This document shows, one piece after another, positions 60,991 to 64,000 of a stretch of 64,000 nt of DNA. The stretch spans positions 375,619 through 439,618 of the forward strand of contig CBDCWU010000009.1 of NCBI GenBank assembly GCA_965223555.1. Direction: 5' to 3'. Below the pieces are notes generated by a model. The model searched no databases and was not told the DNA's origin. It was given only the letters and a program-made list of their open reading frames with translations. A program made the position numbers and the translations under genes. Within the stretch, counting starts at the first letter, position 1. Each line of letters opens with the position of its first letter. This DNA is from Candidatus Promineifilaceae bacterium. GTDB lineage: Bacteria; Chloroflexota; Anaerolineae; Promineifilales; Promineifilaceae.

Positions 60991-61959
60991 TTAGTTATTT
61001 GGAGGGGGATCGGCCGTTTCGGTGTCTTCGGTAGTGGCAAGTGTAGGGTCTACGGGTGGTAGTTCATAGCGTTGATGTGTAACTTGTATGGCGCCTTCAG
61101 CCAAAGTCAACCGCGAGCCATAGCGATTGGCATAGACCTGAGTAAATTCGGCTCCAAACAGGAGAATTTGAGCCGACAAATATAGCCAAAAGAGCAACAA
61201 AATCAATGAGCTGGCCGCCCCATAAGCCGCGCCGCCTGTCCAATTACTCAAATACCAACTAATCAAATATTCGCCCAAACTAAAGAGAACGGCCGTAACC
61301 ACTGCCCCCAAGCCTACATCCTGCCAAGACACATCAGCATCCGGTACAAACTTAAAGATCAAGGCAAAACAGCCAATCATAATCGTAAAAGAGACTACAA
61401 AATCCAAGAGCGGCAACACGGTGGCCAACACCGGAGCTATAACTGATAGCCACTGGTTGACAATTCCCAATATGGTACTCGTTGCCAACGATACCATCAG
61501 CAAGGCTCCCACACCCAATACCATGATGAAGGCTAAAATGCGGTTTTGGACAATGGCTAACAAACCTTTGTTGGGTGGTTGGGCAATGCGCCACATGCTA
61601 TTAATGGCTCGTTTTAGCTGAGTAAAAACACCGGAAGCCCCCAGCAGCAACAAGGCAGTACTAATGATAGTAGCTGTGGTGCTGGAACTAGTTGTATTAG
61701 CATTTTCAATAATGCTTTCAATAACAACGGCCGCTTCCCGGCCCACAACCCGCTCAATCGGTGCCACCAATTCCCCTGCCACCGCTTTTTCGCCATAAAA
61801 TATACTCACTAGGGCTACCGTGAGTACAATGAGAGGAGCTAGAGAAAACATCGTGTAGTAGGCCAAAGAAGCAGCCAACATTGGCCCTTTATCTTGTGAA
61901 TAGCCTTGGGCTGTGTCACGAAATAATTCGAATATTGCTTTTACTTTGCTTTGCCTCAT
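60991..61959 (-). CDS. YihY/BrkB family membrane protein
   Basis: FRDTAQGYSQDKGPMLAASLAYYTMFSLAPLIVL is the family signature. The track ORF extends to 62370, but the N-terminal 137 aa look non-coding; the ATG at 61959 gives a normal ~320-aa protein. Confidence 0.7.
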   Translation of the reverse strand: MRQSKVKAIFELFRDTAQGYSQDKGPMLAASLAYYTMFSLAPLIVLTVALVSIFYGEKAVAGELVAPIERVVGREAAVVIESIIENANTTSSSTTATIISTALLLLGASGVFTQLKRAINSMWRIAQPPNKGLLAIVQNRILAFIMVLGVGALLMVSLATSTILGIVNQWLSVIAPVLATVLPLLDFVVSFTIMIGCFALIFKFVPDADVSWQDVGLGAVVTAVLFSLGEYLISWYLSNWTGGAAYGAASSLILLLFWLYLSAQILLFGAEFTQVYANRYGSRLTLAEGAIQVTHQRYELPPVDPTLATTEDTETADPPPNN

Positions 61960-62360
61960 ATACCAAACTACCCAAATATCATAGCCCAATCCATGATGGT
62001 TGTAATAATTGTTAAGCTTTTTACCAAGATGCTTATACTTTGGTTTTCCTAAGAGGATAAGAAAAAGAGACCTAATGTGCAACTTCCCAGAACACAAATA
62101 TGGCAAGAATGAGGGCAATCTCGCCTGGTCACCCATATATGGAGGGCTACGATCTACAGCTAATGCTCTACAACAAAACTGCAATAGGTCTGAGAAGTGC
62201 GCTCTTGCCATATTTGTCAGAAGTGATGATTCTGGGCGGTGTTTGCCCAGATATAGGTCAAGAAAAAGTTGCACATTGGATAAAGAGGAAAATAGGATGT
62301 ATCGAGAGATGATTGTGGAGTGAACAAAACCAGCTCCACCATCAGAACTATAAAAGTGGA

Positions 62361-62397
62361 AAAGAGCCATTGGTTTTAGGCCAATGGCTCTTTTTGC
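62361..62397. terminator. Bidirectional terminator (agagccattgg-TTTTAGG-ccaatggctct, A/T runs both sides)
   Basis: 11-bp perfect stem directly downstream of the minus-strand beta-helix gene stop. Confidence 0.7.
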
Positions 62398-62402
62398 GTT
62401 GA

Positions 62403-64000
62403 TTACAATTGGATCAAGATATTCTGTATATATGCTGTCAGCAGGTTAGCTTGCTCTACCGTTAAATCTTGACCGCTTTGGGCAGCAATGTGATTGAGAA
62501 GGGCATTAAGGTGTGCCTCTGTTCCTGCGATATCTCCATTATTAAAAGCAGCTTGTGCATCGTACACCTTGGTCAGCAAAGCGTTTTCAGCACCATGCGG
62601 CAAATTCATGCTTAGAATCAGGATTTCCAGACCATCCAAACTATCTAAACAGCCATCTCCATCGGCATCTAGCCCAGTGGCATCAACGAGAGGACAGTTA
62701 TCGTCTTCATTTGGAATACCATCACCATCACTATCAGGATTCACCTCATAAGCACCTCTGTCTGGCGCGTTTCCTTGTGGGCGAGGCATGCCCAGCAAAT
62801 CATCAACAACTGGCAATAAGCTGCCTGTATCAATTGCTGGAGAAGATGAGAGCAGTTGATAATCCCCATTGGTTGAATCGACAAACTGCGGGTCAGCAAC
62901 AACATTGTTAATACTAGAGACAACACCATGTTCGTTGAGAAAGTTGTTAAAGTAAAGGTTGGATTCGGTCGAAATAGGAACCAGTGGCTCGGTAAGGTAC
63001 CCATAATTAATCGCCGTATTGGGCGTATTTGTAATGATGTTATTGCTAATATTTACATAGGCATCACTATTTTCTTGACCAAGCTGTATCATGATGGAGC
63101 CGATGGCGTCTGGGTCGTGATACAGTTGAGTTCCTGCTTCATCGATGGTGTTATGCCAGATATCGACCTGAATAGGATTGTCAGTAGCTGCTGCATTGCT
63201 CCAAAAACTGATTGCACTACCACCATCAGCAGCACTGTTGTGCAAAAAGAGGTTGTTAAAAATTGTGGCCTTAAACCCAATGTTGGAAGGTGTAATACTC
63301 ATGGCACCACCTAACCTATTAGGTGCTGTGTTGTTCTTAAAAATGGAATGGCTTATCACGATATTTTTAGTTCTGGCAGTAAGTCCACCGCCTCTCCAAT
63401 CGCTTTTATTGTTAACAAACCTACTGTTTGAAACAGACAATTCGGAGCCGACTTCGCTGACATGTAACCCGCCACCTTGATAGTATGCGTAATTGTTGAT
63501 AAATGAGACATTGTCTAGACTAGCACTTTGGATAGCGTGGGCAGCACCTCCATATCTTCCCATATTGTTGGAAAAATGAACAGTAGCTGCAGTTAGCCTA
63601 TTTGCGTAAACTGCACCACCACGCCCATTGTTATAAAGTTCGACTGTGTTATTTGTGAATGAACTATTATACAGTTCTAGGTGGCCATCTTTAATATGGA
63701 CGGCTCCACCCTCCTTAGACATTCCGTTTGTAAATAGTAAGTCCTCAAGCTGTAAATGGTGCTGTCCCTCAACATGGAGCAAGCGAAATGCTGGAACTGG
63801 GTGAGCATCATCCGTCCGTTGGATGGTGCTACCATTTCCATAGATGGCTAAATCGTCGGTAATAATCGGGAGCCCTATTGGGTCACCAATATCTGTATAA
63901 GCATGAATATTTTGGAGATTATAGAGACACGCTTCTCCGGCATCACCAAGAACAATGACATCTTGTCCTTGTGCTGCATTGGCGTTCTCAATAGCGTTAA
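62403..64000 (-). CDS. Secreted right-handed parallel beta-helix protein with thrombospondin-type-3 Ca-binding repeats (DxDGDGxxDxxD) and C-terminal helical domain; 5' end beyond window
   Basis: Periodic N/S/T-x-(I/V/F)-x-N-N beta-helix rungs. DSDGDGIPNEDDNCP and DADGDGCLD repeats. The frame remains open to the window edge. Confidence 0.7.
   Translation of the reverse strand, partial: NAIENANAAQGQDVIVLGDAGEACLYNLQNIHAYTDIGDPIGLPIITDDLAIYGNGSTIQRTDDAHPVPAFRLLHVEGQHHLQLEDLLFTNGMSKEGGAVHIKDGHLELYNSSFTNNTVELYNNGRGGAVYANRLTAATVHFSNNMGRYGGAAHAIQSASLDNVSFINNYAYYQGGGLHVSEVGSELSVSNSRFVNNKSDWRGGGLTARTKNIVISHSIFKNNTAPNRLGGAMSITPSNIGFKATIFNNLFLHNSAADGGSAISFWSNAAATDNPIQVDIWHNTIDEAGTQLYHDPDAIGSIMIQLGQENSDAYVNISNNIITNTPNTAINYGYLTEPLVPISTESNLYFNNFLNEHGVVSSINNVVADPQFVDSTNGDYQLLSSSPAIDTGSLLPVVDDLLGMPRPQGNAPDRGAYEVNPDSDGDGIPNEDDNCPLVDATGLDADGDGCLDSLDGLEILILSMNLPHGAENALLTKVYDAQAAFNNGDIAGTEAHLNALLNHIAAQSGQDLTVEQANLLTAYIQNILIQL

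Noticed and set aside
61960-62370. N-terminal 137 aa of the track's 459-aa YihY ORF
   Set aside because: Lys/Tyr/Leu-rich and AT-rich, unlike any YihY N-terminus. The internal ATG at 61959 yields the canonical family start FRDTAQGYSQDKG.

Overview
A 64 kb chromosomal segment of a roughly 50% GC bacterium; the phylum cannot be assigned from sequence alone. CIRCE-controlled groESL and abundant multidomain signalling proteins fit a filamentous Chloroflexi- or cyanobacteria-like lifestyle, but that is a guess. Gene density is high, with about 60 supportable CDS. Housekeeping content: efp, groES-groEL with two CIRCE operators around a sigma70-type promoter, cysS, rlmB-like SpoU methylase, gatB, msrPQ, an aapJQMP-like amino-acid ABC operon, an Nth-like glycosylase, a NUDIX hydrolase, a YihY/BrkB family protein and an aminotransferase. 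The left edge encodes secreted S8 and M4 proteases. Signalling genes include a GAF histidine kinase, a receiver-adenylate cyclase fusion translationally coupled to a CheY-like protein, a MalT/LuxR STAND regulator, and a Ser/Thr kinase fused to an FGE-sulfatase domain. There are two tandem CPA2-RCK antiporter paralogs. Two accessory islands stand out. (i) An island at about 37.6-45.1 kb, bounded on both sides by rho-independent terminators, carries an NLR-like NACHT NTPase whose NOD module is interrupted by about 290 aa of GxxxG glycine-zipper transmembrane repeats; these are encoded by 12-nt tandem DNA repeats. A divergently transcribed CHAT (caspase-like) protease has an N-terminal ~60-residue domain clearly homologous to the N-terminus of the NACHT protein, i.e. 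an effector-associated (death-like) adaptor pair. The island also holds an uncharacterised 428-aa protein, a Cas4-like PD-(D/E)XK/Fe-S nuclease and a protein with a polybasic tail. This is the best candidate for an undescribed NLR-type conflict or defence system. (ii) Next to gatB is a candidate Type II R-M pair (alpha-class SPPY methyltransferase plus a small PD-ExK protein). Beside it, a retropepsin-like protease and a small gene are flanked by two ~105-bp, ~90% identical copies of the gatB 5' end; this is read as a footprint of homology-assisted insertion. Genome-wide, the palindrome AACGGCCGTT (core ACGGCCGT) is enormously over-represented, in genes and intergenic DNA alike. It is absent from the NACHT gene, which supports a foreign origin for that gene. 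No tRNA, rRNA, CRISPR array, transposase or integrase could be supported.
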